Assembly: GCA_965655095.1 (NCBI GenBank)
Contig: OZ296648.1
Location: 30,380,001 to 30,444,000, forward strand
Source of the DNA: Haplodiscus bocki
Taxonomy: Eukaryota
DNA: 64,000 nucleotides
Reading direction: 5' to 3'
Positions 60,924-64,000 of the stretch are shown one piece after another. How positions within the stretch are numbered: the first letter of the stretch is position 1; every line of letters begins with the position of its first letter. The position numbers and the translations under genes are program-made. The notes beneath the pieces are model-generated. The model saw only the letters and a program-made list of their open reading frames with translations, did not search any database and was not told the DNA's origin.

Positions 60924-63900
60924 ATAGCAGCTGAAACTGTTATAGCGCACATGGACAAAAGCAAGCGGAAACAAAAGCCGGCGAAAACAAACAGAAGCAA
61001 AAACTAAAAACAATCTTGTTTCGTTCTGTTTATGTTTTATTTAATATCACCCCGGCCCCTCACTCCAAATTCCATTTAGACATTCCTGTTTCCTTTTGTT
61101 CATAGTTTGATGTTTATTATCACCTTGTCCCCGCATAACTAGCATCAAATATCAGTAATTCTGAATTCTTGAAATTCTCGGCAAAAGTTCAAATACATGT
61201 TGCCCGCACTCAGAAGATTGAAACTTCCTGTTTCAATCACTTAAACTCATGCTTGTAAGCATCGGAAGTCATAATCAATCGAACCCTCGAAGTTTTTGAA
61301 GTTCAGTCAGAATCTCTCATGTTTCTTTTTCAAACTTTCTCCTTGAATAGATTTCATCTCACCAAACTTGTTACTTTTTCGAAATTCTAGCCTCAAAATT
61401 TTGAAAGAACCTTTTTGAAAAAAACGTTCACGCATCCCAGTTACTGATACAAATGAAAACTCAAAACTCTTGTTGGCAAACTGCCAAAATTGTTACTGTT
61501 GTTAAAATGGTGACAAGGGTGAGATTGTTCTTATTCATTTAGGCTAAAAACATCTTGGTCTATCGCCTGAAGACCAAAAAGTACCCTAAGGTCTCTCCCG
61601 CGGGATTTGTCCCGCGCTAAAGCTACTTGGTGGTCTGCCAGGGAAACTAAATTTAATCGGCAGGAAATGCCCAGAAGTAAACGAAGGCAAATGAACACGA
61701 CCAATTATGCTTTCTAGTTCTTAAATGTTTCTTCCAAAACAGTGAGCGTAATTGCTTTTAATCTATTTTTACTAACTGATTAATTGAAAAACATCAATTG
61801 TTTTGTTGAATTGTACCTGATTTTGACCACATCTCTAACACTGAGGGTAAATAACTCTAGTGTTTTCGATTTTTTTCGTGATTTTTGTTATTGTCTAATA
61901 TCATACCAATCAAATACCCCTGTATATGCTAAGCCGCAACAAACCCATTGACCTTCGAGAAAGTTAATGACAAAGCGACTCCCAAAGAACAAGTTTTGAC
62001 ATCACATCAGTCCGTTTGAGTTCTTTTTATGTCTTTGCGTGATATTTCTGCTACTTGTGATAGTGCTAAGACAAGGTTCATCCTTGTACAAATAGAAAAC
62101 GTAACTGCTAATTATGTCAAAACATCATCCAAGTTTCGGCAGATTCTCGATAGAAAAATTCAACCCCTCAGTTGAATGTATGAGTTCTTATTTATTTCAC
62201 AACGCAACTCTTCGTTTCCAAGCCAACTCCATTCGAAGTATCAGTGTTTCTTCCCCCAAATTCAAAATTTTGGACATTTTTCACACATCGAGGAGTACCC
62301 ACAGCAAACTTGTCATTTATCAAAGGAACTTTCATTTTTCTAAAAATATCTCTTGCAATTCCTCGTTAGCCAGCATACGACTAACGTTTTTGGCCACAGA
62401 GACTCTACCGAGAAACAGGTTCGCGCGTGCATCCGGAAACTTTATCTTCTCTTCGATTAGCCAAAAAATGGGTTGAAGATTCATTCCGTATCGATGCTTA
62501 TCTTGAAAGTCTGTTCCTCGGCTGCGGAATAACAGGAAGTTAACCGTACTACCATGTGAAATCCGATGAAAATTTCCAGAAAAAGTGATAAACAAAGTGT
62601 ATTTTTGAGTTTTGTCTGCCACGACGTTGTTTAGAGGAACTTTTCTCCGGAACAGGACCAGTATTTATCTTGCTAAGAAGCGCGTTGGTAAACCCCTGCT
62701 ACCATTGCCAGGTGAATCATCACAGATTTCCACGCAACCATCACCCCCAAAGCAAAAATTTGCTCCTTTTTGACAATTGTGAATTCTTCATACACAAAAA
62801 AACTCGAGGAACTTCTCCTTCAACACTTCGAACCACACCTTAAAGTTGTTGAAAAGTACAAACACAACGACCTAATCTGACGCTCTTTTTTCCGCGCTCA
62901 GCCGAATTTTGGGCGATTAATATTCAAACTTTGCTCAGTTTTCTTGCTCAGAGTAACTTTTTTGAAATTGCTATGTCCGCTACTTTCCTGATTGTAACGA
63001 AACAGGTGAAATCAGCACTCCCACAATGATTGACGTGGGCACATGATTACATGGTAATTTCGCAAGAAGATGACAAAGAGATGGTGAATTGCTTTCGAAA
63101 GTCACCGTCTCATGGCTTTTTATATAAAACCAAAAATATCTGGAACGGCCACGAGTTTCCCGTCAAATGTTTTTACTATAATTTTCAAAGAGTTTCCTGC
63201 AATAGATTTCTATCTCGAAGTTTTTCGTCATAAATGCAAATGGACCAGTCTTTCCTCACGACTAGTTGCATACTGGCCTTCGTGAATAGACGACATTGTG
63301 AACGACACATTTTTGGCGAACAACGTAGATGAAACGGAAACAGTCGCTCACCAATCAGCAGCACGAGATGTAAGGTCAACCATTCAACCTGAAAAGGCTG
63401 CTTTTTTTGGATCAATATCGACCCCAAGAATCCCAGCAGCATTCTCAGTGGGACTTAATTCCGCTAACATTCTGGGACCTAAAGCTCCGCCATTTCCAAG
63501 CATGGGTGCTAATTTCCCAGCACCACACTCACGCTTTCTTCTTGCTTCACGCCTTAATAACTTCCCGGTTCCGAAGACTTTGATGAATATCTCCAGCAAT
63601 TCAATATAGCAACGGTGAGGATGGTAATCCTCACAACATGATCAGTCTCCTTTAGATTTTGCTCCGCGATTGAGAAAAAACGCAATACAAAATTACACAA
63701 TTTTGTCATTCAACCAGCAAAACGATTAGGACCCTCTCGTCGAAGCCTTCAGACAGAACAACACAAGTAATGTCGACACTTTGGAGGCACGACGAAAAAC
63801 TACAAAAACAGCAACGTGGACAAGTCATCGACTTCTTTTGTGCGACAACCGCACTTTGACCAGTTCACATCCCCGTTTAGAAAAAAATTCAACTTTTCAA

Positions 63901-64000
63901 CGAAATGCTGTTTTTGAGCTCCTCAAGAAAGTTAGAGCCACTCAAGACGTCTCGATTGAACTATTTTGTTTGTTGTTTCTGTAGAAGTAACTCTTGTCAG

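Noticed and set aside
60618-61013. ORFs spanning the N run
   Set aside because: Artefacts of the assembly gap.
52259-64000. 5' exons of the Cys-loop receptor
   Set aside because: No WxPD (loop A) or N-terminal helix exon recognised; they may be in the gap or outside the window.

Overview
AT-rich, repeat-dense, intron-containing animal DNA (probably invertebrate); not prokaryotic. (1) 2710-18535 (-): a decayed Ty3/Gypsy LTR retrotransposon with an unusual layout. Its LTRs are at least 2.1 kb and carry the first ~133 codons of gag, the 3' half of an extra ORF and several hairpins. The LTR-end/PBS junction is triplicated in 42-bp steps inside gag. (2) 5365-9985, between pol and the 3' LTR: a 4.6-kb module flanked by an 8-bp direct repeat with no TIRs. 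It is almost filled by an antisense, multi-intron gene for a BED-finger protein that looks like a catalytically dead hAT transposase. This is the best candidate for an undescribed system. (3) 18536-22150: fragments of related LTRs and other repeats. (4) 24230-27850: a degenerate ~25-bp satellite, followed by a decayed Polinton/Maverick protein-primed PolB. (5) 41744-52258 (-): six exons of a host Cys-loop (nicotinic receptor-like, non-alpha) cation channel; its 5' exons were not found. (6) 53570-57179: an old, internally deleted Ty1/Copia element with both LTRs and a 5-bp TSD. There is an assembly gap at 60660-60923. All homology calls are by-eye motif recognition; no searches were run.
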